64,000 nt of DNA from Desulfocapsa sp. (GCA_030145625.1 JAQYVF010000007.1:22607-86606); one strand, 5' to 3'. Shown: positions 43,074-52,603, counted from the first letter of the stretch. Made by a program: numbers and translations. The notes: generated by a model from the letters alone, not told the origin.

Positions 43074-43186
43074 CCTTTCTCTTTTTTGTCACTTTTTTGA
43101 AAAAAATGCTATTCTTGAGCAGTTATACTCTTTCAATATAAATATTATTGCGTTCTTTTAATCTTTTTTAGAAAAATTATAGTGTA

Positions 43187-43396
43187 ATGGCTGGTCGTCC
43201 AAACTGTATACAATGTGTTCATTATTTTGTTACCCATAAGCATGCCAAGCCCCATGGCTGTAGAGGGTTGGGGTTTAAGTCTGCTCACAATCCTGCAGCA
43301 GTGGTGTTTGCGTCTTCAGGGATAGAATGTCAGCTCTTTGTTTTAAAAAAGAAGAAGAATGACTCAGGTGGCTCCAGAGGTGGGGTGATTGCTTGA
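43187..43396 (+). CDS. Small Cys-rich protein (CxxCxH..GC..GFKS..SSG.C family)
   Basis: Pattern of a widespread ~60-aa family often labelled 'uracil-DNA glycosylase', but no UDG fold fits this length. Confidence 0.65.
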   Translation: MAGRPNCIQCVHYFVTHKHAKPHGCRGLGFKSAHNPAAVVFASSGIECQLFVLKKKKNDSGGSRGGVIA

Positions 43397-43451
43397 ATAT
43401 GTCCTTTGAGGATACATGAAACCATTGCGGGTGCCGTAAAGGATAATATAA

Positions 43452-43655
43452 ATGCCTTATGTGAATATTAAAGTGACAAGGGAAGGTGTGACAGCCGAAC
43501 AAAAATCTGAACTGATTGAAGGGGTAACTGCATTATTACAAAAAGTTCTGAATAAAAATCCAGCAACAACTGTAGTTGTTATAGATGAGATTGATACTGA
43601 TAATTGGGGCATAGCTGGTGAACAGGTAACGTTACGTCGGAATAGAGGAGAATAA
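43452..43655 (+). CDS. 4-oxalocrotonate tautomerase family protein
   Basis: (M)PYVNIK catalytic Pro-1, EQKSELIEGVT and VVIDE..NWGIAG motifs. Confidence 0.93.
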   Translation: MPYVNIKVTREGVTAEQKSELIEGVTALLQKVLNKNPATTVVVIDEIDTDNWGIAGEQVTLRRNRGE

Positions 43656-43728
43656 TGCTTATTTTAGGAAGTTATCAGCAAAATATGTTGGTAACCGGTA
43701 TGGTAATAACTTCTGGAGGCGGCCGAGT

Positions 43729-44982
43729 ATGAAATTATCGCTTTTTGGAGAACAGTTCACCAGCGGCGCAGGTATTCTCAGCTTGATGGACGATCTTGGC
43801 AATGCCTTGGCTACTGGTGGGGATGACATGATCATGATGGGTGGCGGTAATCCGGGACATGTCCCTGGTTTTCAAGAGGTAATGCAGAAACGACTGCAGG
43901 CCCTTGCTGCTGATACGGAATCGTTTCAAAAACTCATCGGCATTTATGATCCGCCTCAGGGGGAGAAGGATTTCGGAGGGGCACTTGTAAAACTTCTACG
44001 CCGTGAATATGGCTGGGATCTTGGTCCTGAGAATATCTGTCTTACCAATGGCAGTCAGGCAGGTTTTTTTCTTCTCTTTAATATGTTCGCGGGCCCATAT
44101 CGGGAAGGTGAAAGCAAAAAGATACGTCTTCCCTTAGCGCCGGAATATATAGGGTATGCCGATCTTGGCCATGGCGATGACTTTTTCATCTCAAGTAGAC
44201 CCCGTATTGAGTTTCTGGAAGATCGGCTTTTTAAATATCATGTGGATTTTGCCAATCTGGACATAGGGGAAGAAACCGGTGCTATCTGCGTTTCACGGCC
44301 GACCAATCCTACTGGCAATGTGCTGACCGATGAGGAAATCGCAGCCCTTGATATTCTTGCCCGCAAGCATGATGTGCCCCTGATTTTGGATAACGCCTAT
44401 GGTGTACCATTTCCAGGCATAATCTATACTGAGGCCAAGCCTGTCTGGAATGAGAATATCATTGTCTGCCTTTCTCTATCTAAACTTGGTCTGCCTGCAA
44501 CCAGGACAGGAATTATTGTCGCCCGTAAAGAGATAATCAAGGCGGTATCCGGAATGAACGCTATCATGAACCTTGCTACAGGAAGTTTTGGGGCAATGCT
44601 AGCCCAGGAAATGGTGGCCAGCGGGGAGGTTCTGAACCTTAGTCGGGACGTGATCAGGCCATTTTATCAAAATAAAATGGAAAAGGCTGTTGCCCTGTTT
44701 CAGAAGGAATTGGAAGGCACGCCTTTCAGGATTCACAAACCGGAAGGGGCAATGTTTCTCTGGCTTTGGTTCGAAGATCTCCCTATCACCAGCCATAACC
44801 TGTATGAAAGATTGAAAGCAAGAAATGTCCTGGTGGTATCCGGGCATTTCTTTTTCCCCGGTTTGGAACATCCGTGGGATCACTGTAATGAATGCATCCG
44901 GGTGACCTATTCCCAGGATGAAGAACAGGTAGCAAAGGGGATCAAAATTATTGCAGAGGAAGTTAAAAAGGCTTATTCCTGA
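43729..44982 (+). CDS. avtA: Valine--pyruvate transaminase
   Basis: MKLSLFGEQF..GILSLMDDL, GGGNPG, PEYIGY, SRPTNPTGNV and SLSKLGLP motifs. Confidence 0.95.
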   Translation: MKLSLFGEQFTSGAGILSLMDDLGNALATGGDDMIMMGGGNPGHVPGFQEVMQKRLQALAADTESFQKLIGIYDPPQGEKDFGGALVKLLRREYGWDLGPENICLTNGSQAGFFLLFNMFAGPYREGESKKIRLPLAPEYIGYADLGHGDDFFISSRPRIEFLEDRLFKYHVDFANLDIGEETGAICVSRPTNPTGNVLTDEEIAALDILARKHDVPLILDNAYGVPFPGIIYTEAKPVWNENIIVCLSLSKLGLPATRTGIIVARKEIIKAVSGMNAIMNLATGSFGAMLAQEMVASGEVLNLSRDVIRPFYQNKMEKAVALFQKELEGTPFRIHKPEGAMFLWLWFEDLPITSHNLYERLKARNVLVVSGHFFFPGLEHPWDHCNECIRVTYSQDEEQVAKGIKIIAEEVKKAYS

Positions 44983-45016
44983 TCTTAAAGCACTATTGCG
45001 CAAAAGAGGATTGTCC

Positions 45017-46735
45017 GTGCAGAGTAGAAAGAAAATGATTGGACTGTTGTGTGGGATCTCGCTTCTCTGGTCAGGCATGGTCCAGGCGAAGTGTCTGGAA
45101 GGTGATTGTCGAAACGGATCCGGTATCTTTGTTAATGATGATGGCCGACGTTATAACGGTCAATTTAAAGATGGACGACTTCATGGCAAGGGTGTACTCA
45201 CTTTTCCAGATGGAACCGAGTATAGAGGAGAGCTAAGCCAGGGGAAATATAGTGGAAAAGGAATCCTTGTTAGCCCGGACGGTCGAAGATATGAGGGCGA
45301 ATTTCGTGATAACGTCATCGACGGAAAAGGAATGCTACTTTTCAAAGATGGGGCGAAGTACACAGGTGAATTTGTTCTTGGCCGCTATCATGGAACAGGA
45401 ACGCTGAGTTATCCCGATGGTCGACATTACCAGGGGGAATTCAGGAGTAATCTGATTGAAGGACAGGGCAAGCTGCTCTATTCGGATGGAACCTGGTTCG
45501 AGGGAGAGTTTCACAACGGTAAGCCTGCAGGCAGAGGAGTAAAAACGTATCCCGACGGAAGTAGGTATACAGGTGACTTTTACCGAGGGCAACGCCAGGG
45601 GCAAGGGTTGTGGGAAGGAGCTGATAACAATCGTTATGATGGGTATTTTAATAGAGATGCCTATAACGGTGAGGGCATTCTCCTCTATGGTGATGGTAGA
45701 AAGTACAGTGGAGAGTTTCTCGATAATTTCAGGCATGGGGAAGGGGAATTACGCTATGTCGATAAGACCCGCTATGTAGGGCAGTTTAATCGCGGCAAGA
45801 AGGAAGGGAATGGTATTCTCTATTATCCTGATTCCAGTCGTTACGAGGGAGAGTTCTATCAGGATAAACGGCATGGTCATGGAAAACATTTCTATGCCGA
45901 CGGTTCCCGTTATGAGGGTACCTTTCGTGATGGAAAAGCCAATGGGCAGGGGATTCTAATTGGTGCCGATGGACGAAAATTCAGTGGAGAGTTTTTAGAC
46001 GGCAAACCTGTTAAAAATGAGGAATCTCATGAAGAGATTGCTCAGGTCCGGGAAGTGGAAGAGCAGAAGCCGGTAGCAGTGACCAAAAAGGCGGAGACAT
46101 CCCTGTCGCCAGTAGTGAAAAAGCATATCCTCCATCAGGGACGAGTGTGCGATGCAGGCAATAAGAAACCGCTGGATGGAAGGGTCGAGTTCCTCTATCC
46201 CAATGGAATGCTGTATAAGGGTGAGATGAAAAATGGTCTCATGGATGGAAACGGGAGGATCGAATACGCCAGTGGTGATGTTTACGAAGGAGACATCCGG
46301 AAAGGAAAACTTCATGGTACCGGGATCTATGAATACAGTAATGGACGCAGGTATGAGGGAACTTTTGTTCAGGGAAAAAAAGAAGGGACGGGAATATTCA
46401 GTTACGCTGATGGCTCCCGTTATGCCGGTGGTTTGAAAAATGATCATTTCTCCGGTGAGGGAAGCTATTTTTTCAGTGACGGAAGTCATTATCAAGGTCA
46501 TTTTAAGACAGGGCGTTTTGAGGGCAGGGGGAAGCTCACCTATGCAGATGGCAGTGTTATCACCGGAGAGTTTCGTGATGACATGCCCCATGGTAAGGCT
46601 CAGCTTCTTTCAGCAGACGGCAGTCGTTATGAGGGAAGATTTGCAAAAGGACGGAGAAACGGCTTCGGTAAGCTGGTTCTGGCCAATGGGAAGGTGTATG
46701 AAGGGCAATTTCGGGATGATGAGTTTGTCCCTTGA
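45017..46735 (+). CDS. Secreted MORN-repeat protein
   Basis: GTG start after GAGGA; signal peptide, CLEGDC, then many 23-aa YxGEFxxGxxxGxG repeats in two blocks. Confidence 0.9.
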   Translation: MQSRKKMIGLLCGISLLWSGMVQAKCLEGDCRNGSGIFVNDDGRRYNGQFKDGRLHGKGVLTFPDGTEYRGELSQGKYSGKGILVSPDGRRYEGEFRDNVIDGKGMLLFKDGAKYTGEFVLGRYHGTGTLSYPDGRHYQGEFRSNLIEGQGKLLYSDGTWFEGEFHNGKPAGRGVKTYPDGSRYTGDFYRGQRQGQGLWEGADNNRYDGYFNRDAYNGEGILLYGDGRKYSGEFLDNFRHGEGELRYVDKTRYVGQFNRGKKEGNGILYYPDSSRYEGEFYQDKRHGHGKHFYADGSRYEGTFRDGKANGQGILIGADGRKFSGEFLDGKPVKNEESHEEIAQVREVEEQKPVAVTKKAETSLSPVVKKHILHQGRVCDAGNKKPLDGRVEFLYPNGMLYKGEMKNGLMDGNGRIEYASGDVYEGDIRKGKLHGTGIYEYSNGRRYEGTFVQGKKEGTGIFSYADGSRYAGGLKNDHFSGEGSYFFSDGSHYQGHFKTGRFEGRGKLTYADGSVITGEFRDDMPHGKAQLLSADGSRYEGRFAKGRRNGFGKLVLANGKVYEGQFRDDEFVP

Positions 46736-46758
46736 GCTTTATCCTCAGGAGATAAATA

Positions 46759-47151
46759 ATGCGTTGGAGTTATAAGACAGTCCGCTTTGGTTTGAAAAAA
46801 GAGGGGCTACTTGGAAGTGCCTTTCTTGATGAATCTGAAATTGAGTTTTCACTAAATGAATTCGGGAAGTCGGGTTGGGAACTGGTCTCCTTTATGGAGG
46901 TTCAGGATGGATTGATAGGGGTTTTTAAACAGCCCCTTAATCAAGGATTGGCGCCTTTGGAGGGGGATTTTTCTGAAGAAGAGCCGGTAGAAGCCATACA
47001 ACCCAGCAAGGTTCTCCCGACTATCAGTACGAGTGTACCTGTTTCACCGGAGGATGAGAGGGATGGAAGAGATCAGGTACCTAAGAATGATCCGGAGCAG
47101 GATGATGGAGAATCGGATGATACTGATGTCGGCTCTATCCGTATTGAATAA
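46759..47151 (+). CDS. DUF4177-like protein with acidic tail
   Basis: WSYKTV..LNEFGKSGWELV..FKQP; AGGAGA SD. Confidence 0.8.
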   Translation: MRWSYKTVRFGLKKEGLLGSAFLDESEIEFSLNEFGKSGWELVSFMEVQDGLIGVFKQPLNQGLAPLEGDFSEEEPVEAIQPSKVLPTISTSVPVSPEDERDGRDQVPKNDPEQDDGESDDTDVGSIRIE

Positions 47152-47217
47152 GATCATCCATTGCGAAGCGGTAAAGGAACGCCGACTTCTTCCGGTTGTC
47201 TGTTACGAGTGATAAGT

Positions 47218-48402
47218 ATGCTGAAAGAAAGTGGATATCAACAGATGGTCGGAGCCGAACTCTTCGAGTGGATGCGGAAGATTCGTCGACACCTCCATCA
47301 AAGTCCGGAATTATCTTTCCAGGAATTCAAGACTGCCGCTTATATTTGTGAAAAACTGAGTGAACTTGGTATCAGTTCGCAACCTGGGGTAGCTGGTACC
47401 GGTGTCATTGCGGAAATCGGCCCTGCAGAAAGCGACTGGATCATCGGGCTTCGTGCTGATATGGATTCACTTCCCATTGTGGAACGCACCGGTTTGCCAT
47501 TTGCCTCTACAGTGGCTGGAAGAATGCATGCCTGTGGGCATGACGGTCATATGGCCATGCTCCTTGGGGCTGCAGCAATATTGAGGAAAATGGATCTCAC
47601 TGGCCGGGTCAGATTTATTTTTCAACCTGCTGAGGAGAGTGGCAACGGTGCTGAAAAAATGGTCGAAGAAGGGGCTGTTGAGGGACTGGATGCTATTTTT
47701 GGAGGGCACATAGATACCCACTATTGCACGGGAAACATGACTGTGGATGAAGGTATTATCTGTGCCTATGCCGATCCCTTTACCATCAGGTTAAAGGGAA
47801 GCAGTGGTCATGCTGCCAGACCCCATGAAGCCAAGGATAGTATTGTGGCTGCAGCGGGCCTGATCACAGCCCTGCAATCGCTGGTCAGCAGAGAGGTTGA
47901 TCCCAACCAGGCCGCAGTGGTTACAGTCGGTCGTGTGCAGGCCGGCGAGACACATAATGTCATTGCGGAAGAGGCTACCCTTGAAGGAACTATCCGCTCT
48001 ACCCATCCCGAGGCTCGCAGCAGACTGCTGACCGGTTTAGAGAGAATGGTCCTTGGGATTTCTTCCCTTTATGCCGTTACTGCTGAGCTGGAATTTCCAG
48101 ACTTTCTGCCGGCAGTGTGCAACAGTGCTTCAGCGGCGGAAGTGGCCCGTAAGGCTGCCGCTGCGGTGATTTCTAAAGAAAATATTCTCTCTCAGGGACC
48201 ATCCAGTCTTGGGGGGGAGGACTTTTCTTTTTATCTTCAGCGGGTTAATGGTTGTCTGGTCCGTTTTGGGGCAAATGTCTCTGCCGAGACAGGTCCTGCC
48301 CATAGTTCTACCTTTGACTTTGATGAAGCAGTTCTGGCTATTGGCGCTGCCTGGTATGCCCAGGTTGTCCTGGCTTTTTCACAGGAGAGAGTGTCGTTAT
48401 AA
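47218..48402 (+). CDS. M20D-family amidohydrolase
   Basis: RRHLHQSPELSFQE, LRADMDSLP, MHACGHDGH, FQPAEE and GEDF motifs; exact start uncertain. Confidence 0.93.
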   Translation: MLKESGYQQMVGAELFEWMRKIRRHLHQSPELSFQEFKTAAYICEKLSELGISSQPGVAGTGVIAEIGPAESDWIIGLRADMDSLPIVERTGLPFASTVAGRMHACGHDGHMAMLLGAAAILRKMDLTGRVRFIFQPAEESGNGAEKMVEEGAVEGLDAIFGGHIDTHYCTGNMTVDEGIICAYADPFTIRLKGSSGHAARPHEAKDSIVAAAGLITALQSLVSREVDPNQAAVVTVGRVQAGETHNVIAEEATLEGTIRSTHPEARSRLLTGLERMVLGISSLYAVTAELEFPDFLPAVCNSASAAEVARKAAAAVISKENILSQGPSSLGGEDFSFYLQRVNGCLVRFGANVSAETGPAHSSTFDFDEAVLAIGAAWYAQVVLAFSQERVSL

Positions 48403-48455
48403 TTCAAGGTGGCCTTAAGACCCCTCGCAAATTTCTAATTGTTCATGGTACCCTT
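48403..48455. repeat. Collapsed remnants of the MITE ends
   Basis: TTCAAGGTGGCCTTA (right-end like) followed by a minus-strand AGGGTACCATGAACAATTAGA, 19/21 identical to the MITE left end. Confidence 0.55.
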
Positions 48456-48471
48456 TAACTAAGGAGTCTCG

Positions 48472-49605
48472 ATGAGGCCCGGTGAAAAAGACACGCCGTT
48501 GCTATTTACTTCAAGTCCCTCCTATACACTGGGAGTGGAACTTGAATTTCAGACGTTGGATAAGGAAAGCCTGAACCTCGCTCCTTTGGCTCCAGTCCTT
48601 CTCGATACTGCCCCAGCTATCCTCAGGCCTCGAATTACCCATGAATGGATACGATCCATCCTGGAAATCCGCACAGGTATCTGTTGTTCTGTTCGAGACG
48701 TTGAAAATGATCTGCTGCAGACCTGCGCATTGGCAGAGGAACTTGCCGAGGAGAATCACTGCCTCCTCTATGCTGCATCGCTTCACCCCTTTGCCAGATC
48801 TGAAGATCAGGTGCTGACCAAGGATGAACGCTATGAGCGAATTATGGCTGAATTGCAGATTGTCGGTCGTCGCTTTATCTCACAGGGATTCCACGTCCAT
48901 GTTGGGATGGTTGACGGAGATACAGCCATTAGGGTCTGTGATAGGATTCAACCTTATCTCCCGCTCTTCCTGGCACTTTCTGCATCTTCTCCTTTCTTTC
49001 ATGGAGAAGATACCGGACTCATGTCTTACAGGACAAAACTGTTTGAGGCCCTGCCTCTTGCCGGAATTTATGAGCAGCTCAGAGATTGGGAAAATTTTCT
49101 TGATGAGATGAATATGCTCAAAGAGGCAGGGGTGATAGAATCTATCAAGGATTTGTGGTGGGATGCCAGGCCTCATCCAGGGTTTGGTACTCTGGAAATC
49201 AGGGCCTGCGATCTACCCACTCGCTTTGGCGATATTCTTGGACTCACTGCTCTGATTCAATGTTTTGTTGCGGCCCTTGCCGAGTCGCCACCACAAACGA
49301 TGACCTGTAGTCAGCAATTCCTTCGTTGTAATAAATGGCAGGCCGTGCGCTATGGTCTTGATGGAACTTTTATTGATCCATTAGGGCTTCTTGGAGGAGG
49401 AAGGATGCAACTGCGTGAGGCAGTAAGGCGTCTGATTGTGGAGGTTCAGCCCTTGGTCCAACGCTTTGGCTCAGAGCGATATATCGGCATGTTGGACAGG
49501 ATCCTGGAAACCGGAACGGGTGCTGATTGTCAACGCCGAGCGTATGCAGAGCATAGGGATTTTAGAAAAGTCATCCAGCAATTACATCGAGAGTTCTGGC
49601 AATGA
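48472..49605 (+). CDS. YbdK-family carboxylate-amine ligase (glutamate--cysteine ligase 2)
   Basis: TLGVELEFQ, GFHVHVG, ALSASSPF, WWDARPHPGFGTLEIRACD and NKWQAVRYG motifs. Confidence 0.93.
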   Translation: MRPGEKDTPLLFTSSPSYTLGVELEFQTLDKESLNLAPLAPVLLDTAPAILRPRITHEWIRSILEIRTGICCSVRDVENDLLQTCALAEELAEENHCLLYAASLHPFARSEDQVLTKDERYERIMAELQIVGRRFISQGFHVHVGMVDGDTAIRVCDRIQPYLPLFLALSASSPFFHGEDTGLMSYRTKLFEALPLAGIYEQLRDWENFLDEMNMLKEAGVIESIKDLWWDARPHPGFGTLEIRACDLPTRFGDILGLTALIQCFVAALAESPPQTMTCSQQFLRCNKWQAVRYGLDGTFIDPLGLLGGGRMQLREAVRRLIVEVQPLVQRFGSERYIGMLDRILETGTGADCQRRAYAEHRDFRKVIQQLHREFWQ

Positions 49606-49707
49606 GTACCTGCCGATGATTGTTTGAAAGCAACGTGTTTGAGCGTAAAAAATGCTTTGCCGCAGAACAATTACATTCTGATATTCTAAATTGTTTTCTA
49701 TAGAGAT

Positions 49708-51249
49708 ATGAAAAATCACAAATATACGAAGTCCATAGCGGCTACTGGGCATCCCCTGGTCAGTAAGGCAGCGGCATCTGTTCTGCATGCAGGAGGAAAT
49801 GCCTTTGATGCTGTTGTGGCTGCAGGTTTTGCTTCAAGTGCAGTGGAACCAGCCCTCAATAGTCTAGGTGGAGGCGGGTTCCTGCTTGGTCATTCAGCTG
49901 GAAAGGGGCAGAATCTGTTTTTCGATTTTTTTGTAGATACGCCGGGACTTGGAACAAATCGTTCGGTTGTGGAACCGCATTTTTTTCCTGTAACCGTACA
50001 GTTCTCCGGGTCACAACAGGATTTTAATGTGGGCTTAGGTTCCGTGGCCGTACCTGGAACTCTGAAAGGCTTGCTGCATATTCATCGCCAACTTGGATTC
50101 ATGGATCTTGCGGAAGTGGTTGCTCCTGCCATTAAACTAGCCAGGGAACACAGGCTGAATAGTAAACAGGCCTATTTTCTGAAACTTCTTTATCCTATCA
50201 TGACCCTCTTTCCTGAAGGACGATTAATTTATGAACCGGATGGAGATTACCTGCAGGAAGATGATCTGTTGCACAATCGGCTTTTGGCAGCTTTTCTTGA
50301 AGAAATAGTTGTAGATAAGGGAGAAAGTTTTTACCGCGGTGAGATAGCAGCGCGGATTGGAGAGGATATGGCGGAGAACTATGGGATTCTCACCCGAAAT
50401 GACCTTGGCGCCTATGAGGTCAGAGAGCGCACTCCCCTGGCCGTTTCTTTTCGTGACTATCAGCTACTCACTTCTCCGCAGCCATCCATGGGAGGTTCGT
50501 TGGTGGGTCTTTCTTTGTCTCTGCTTTCCCGCGAAAATTCTCCTGATTTCGATTTTGGTTCAGCAGAGTATCTTCTCCATACCACGGGATTGATGCAGGA
50601 GGTGGAACGGATACGAAAATCAGGTTTCATGACTCCAGCGGATCTGGAGTCTTTTTTACAAAACAATGTAATCGGGACTCAAGCAGTGGAGAATATAAGA
50701 CTCTTTTCCAGGGGGACTACTCACATTTCCGTAGCTGATAAGGATGGAAATTGTGCTGCGATGACATGTTCCAACGGAGAAGGTTCCGGTTACTTTGCGC
50801 CTAATAGTGGTGTGATGTTGAATAATATGATGGGTGAGGATGACCTGCATCCAAATGGCTTTCATTCCAGTCCCCCAGGTCAGCGCGTTGGTTCGATGAT
50901 GTCACCTTCTCTGCTGGTCAAGGATGGTGATGTCTGCCTGGTCATTGGCAGCGGTGGGTCTAAAAGAATTAGAATTGCTGTGAGCCAGGTTCTGACCCAA
51001 GTTGTGGATTTTGGAAGATCGATTCAGGAGGCTGTTAGCGCTCCTCGCCTGTATTGGGATGGTGAAAAGGTTCAACTGGAACCCGGCTTTTCTTCGGAGG
51101 CGGTTAATCACTTGCGGCAAAAGGTAGATGTCAATGAATGGGAAGCTCGTGGAGTCTATTTCGGTGGGGTACATGCTGTAATACCCGGAGTGGGAGGCGC
51201 CGGAGATCCTCGCCGGGGAGGTGCTGTGGAAGTGGTGAGCGCTCTTTGA
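49708..51249 (+). CDS. ggt: Gamma-glutamyltransferase
   Basis: GGNAFDAVVAA, LGGGGF, VAVPG, GTTHISVAD (nucleophile Thr), SMMSP and GDPRRGG motifs. Confidence 0.93.
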   Translation: MKNHKYTKSIAATGHPLVSKAAASVLHAGGNAFDAVVAAGFASSAVEPALNSLGGGGFLLGHSAGKGQNLFFDFFVDTPGLGTNRSVVEPHFFPVTVQFSGSQQDFNVGLGSVAVPGTLKGLLHIHRQLGFMDLAEVVAPAIKLAREHRLNSKQAYFLKLLYPIMTLFPEGRLIYEPDGDYLQEDDLLHNRLLAAFLEEIVVDKGESFYRGEIAARIGEDMAENYGILTRNDLGAYEVRERTPLAVSFRDYQLLTSPQPSMGGSLVGLSLSLLSRENSPDFDFGSAEYLLHTTGLMQEVERIRKSGFMTPADLESFLQNNVIGTQAVENIRLFSRGTTHISVADKDGNCAAMTCSNGEGSGYFAPNSGVMLNNMMGEDDLHPNGFHSSPPGQRVGSMMSPSLLVKDGDVCLVIGSGGSKRIRIAVSQVLTQVVDFGRSIQEAVSAPRLYWDGEKVQLEPGFSSEAVNHLRQKVDVNEWEARGVYFGGVHAVIPGVGGAGDPRRGGAVEVVSAL

Positions 51250-51438
51250 TCCGTAGCTTGTCACCTAAGTAGTTGTTAATGGGAGCTATTCCCTTGGCTT
51301 GGGTGGGTAGAAAATACCCATGCCTTTCTCTGGGCGGGTAAAAAAGAAACACTTTTAGTGGGGAATTGTTCTCGTCTGTGTGAGTGACATGCTCTTAACA
51401 TGCAGTAATTCAACGAAATGTTGTGTTCGCTCGTTTTG

Positions 51439-51453
51439 TGGCACGCTTGTTGT
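51439..51453 (+). promoter_or_regulatory. Sigma54 (-24/-12) promoter
   Basis: TGGCACG-CTTG-TTGT. Confidence 0.7.
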
Positions 51454-51464
51454 AAGATAAAGAC

Positions 51465-51540
51465 AAAGGAAAATGTAACTTCATTTTTTCTTCCCCTCCC
51501 AAGGCCCCTCTGAACTTGTTCAGAGGGGCCTTCCCTTTTT
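51465..51540 (+). ncRNA. Candidate sigma54-dependent small RNA
   Basis: About 75 nt between a sigma54 promoter and a 15-bp inverted repeat with T-tract; contains TTCATTTTTTCTTCCCCTCCC; no + strand ORF (ATG TAA only). Confidence 0.55.
51501..51540 (+). terminator. Intrinsic terminator
   Basis: AAGGCCCCTCTGAAC-TT-GTTCAGAGGGGCCTT followed by CCCTTTTT. Confidence 0.85.
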
Positions 51541-51760
51541 GTCTGTAAAAATTCTTATGCTCCATGTCGCTAGGTTACTTGAGTGAGGTAGAAAACTTGT
51601 CGGTTAGATTTATCTGGCAGGTTTCATATTCTTTAGCTTTCCATGGCATTATTCCAACGTAGGCGTGAAATTAGCCGATCTTTATATCCCTTTTCTTTAT
51701 ATCACTCCACCTTTTTACCAGTTGGTTTGGGACTTCCTTGTTTCTTCTCATTATTTTATA

Positions 51761-51794
51761 CGACAATTTTGTCGACAGAAACCATTAAATGTCG
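51761..51794. promoter_or_regulatory. Putative enhancer (UAS) for a sigma54 activator
   Basis: Palindrome CGACA-ATTT-TGTCG plus a half-degenerate second site ending AAATGTCG 20 bp later, about 80-110 bp upstream of a sigma54 promoter. Confidence 0.5.
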
Positions 51795-51871
51795 AATTAT
51801 AGCATTTTTCAGTGTTGAGGGTGTGTAGGAAAACCCACTGAAAACACTTTGCATATCGATTTTTATGAGCC

Positions 51872-51886
51872 TGGCATGCTTCTTGT
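51872..51886 (+). promoter_or_regulatory. Sigma54 (-24/-12) promoter
   Basis: TGGCATG-CTTC-TTGT upstream of the Gly-rich gene. Confidence 0.7.
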
Positions 51887-52026
51887 AATACCTTTGGTCA
51901 TAATAACTGTCTGACAGCAAGCAACCTCTCAATGTGAGATGACAAAAGAATGACTATAGAATCCGACACAGGAAAAACAAACTATCTTCCCACAAGGGAA
52001 GTTTTATTTAACAGGAGGCATTTTTT

Positions 52027-52401
52027 ATGAAACGTTCAATCAAGATTGTGAAAACACTTGTTATGGCAGGAGTTCTCAGCATGTTGTCTTTTCCGGTTAT
52101 GGCAGGAAATGGCAATGGTCCTTGTGATGGTAGCGCAGACGGCATTGGCAATGGTTCAGGTATGGGAGACTGCTTTAATGCTGTCTTTACCATGGATGCT
52201 GATCTTCTTGCGCGAGGTGGCAATGGTGGTGGCGGGGGTGGCGGTGGTAATGGTGGCGGTGGTAATGGCGGTGGCGGTAATCGAGGTGGCGGAGGTAATG
52301 GTGCTGATGGCAGTGATGGTGGTTATGGTGATGGAACTGGTGACAGACCGCAAGATGGCACTGGGGTCGGACCTGGGACAGGCGACTGCATTAACACTTA
52401 A
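52027..52401 (+). CDS. Secreted Gly/Asn/Asp-rich small protein
   Basis: AGGAGG SD; signal peptide ending VMA; poly-Gly tract; GDGTGDRPQDGTGVGPGTGDC tail. Confidence 0.8.
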   Translation: MKRSIKIVKTLVMAGVLSMLSFPVMAGNGNGPCDGSADGIGNGSGMGDCFNAVFTMDADLLARGGNGGGGGGGGNGGGGNGGGGNRGGGGNGADGSDGGYGDGTGDRPQDGTGVGPGTGDCINT

Positions 52402-52426
52402 TGGCTGGCCAATCCTGGATTACAGG

Positions 52427-52467
52427 ATATTGCACGAAGAAGGGATTTTCTCTTCTTCGTGCAATAT
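52427..52467. terminator. Strong hairpin after the Gly-rich gene
   Basis: ATATTGCACGAAGAAG...CTTCTTCGTGCAATAT; no clear U-tract. Confidence 0.55.
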
Positions 52468-52576
52468 GCCAATTCTTCTGGTGAACAAAAGAATTTCTGA
52501 ATACCATTCAGACGTAGCAAAACAAGAAATAATAAGGGTGACACGTGATATCTCACAAGTATTCCATTGCCGCAAA

Positions 52577-52603
52577 GCCATTCCCGTGTAGGCTGGAATC
52601 CAG
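52577..52603. repeat. REP/dRS3-like palindromic element
   Basis: GCCATTCCCGTGTAGGCTGGAATCCAG matches ATTCCC-N8-GGGAAT with one mismatch. Confidence 0.55.

Noticed and set aside
43187..43396. Calling this ORF a uracil-DNA glycosylase
   Set aside because: Too short and lacking UDG catalytic motifs; kept as a Cys-rich hypothetical protein.
45100..46720. 69-bp periodicity suggesting a CRISPR or tandem DNA array
   Set aside because: Explained by 23-aa MORN repeats in a continuous ORF; there are no identical repeats with unique spacers.
52058..52591. 177-aa Val/Ala/Met-rich ORF (similarly 54828..55067 and the antisense Thr-rich ORFs)
   Set aside because: Frame-shifted shadows of GGN-rich poly-Gly coding; the Gly frame has the SD and signal peptide.
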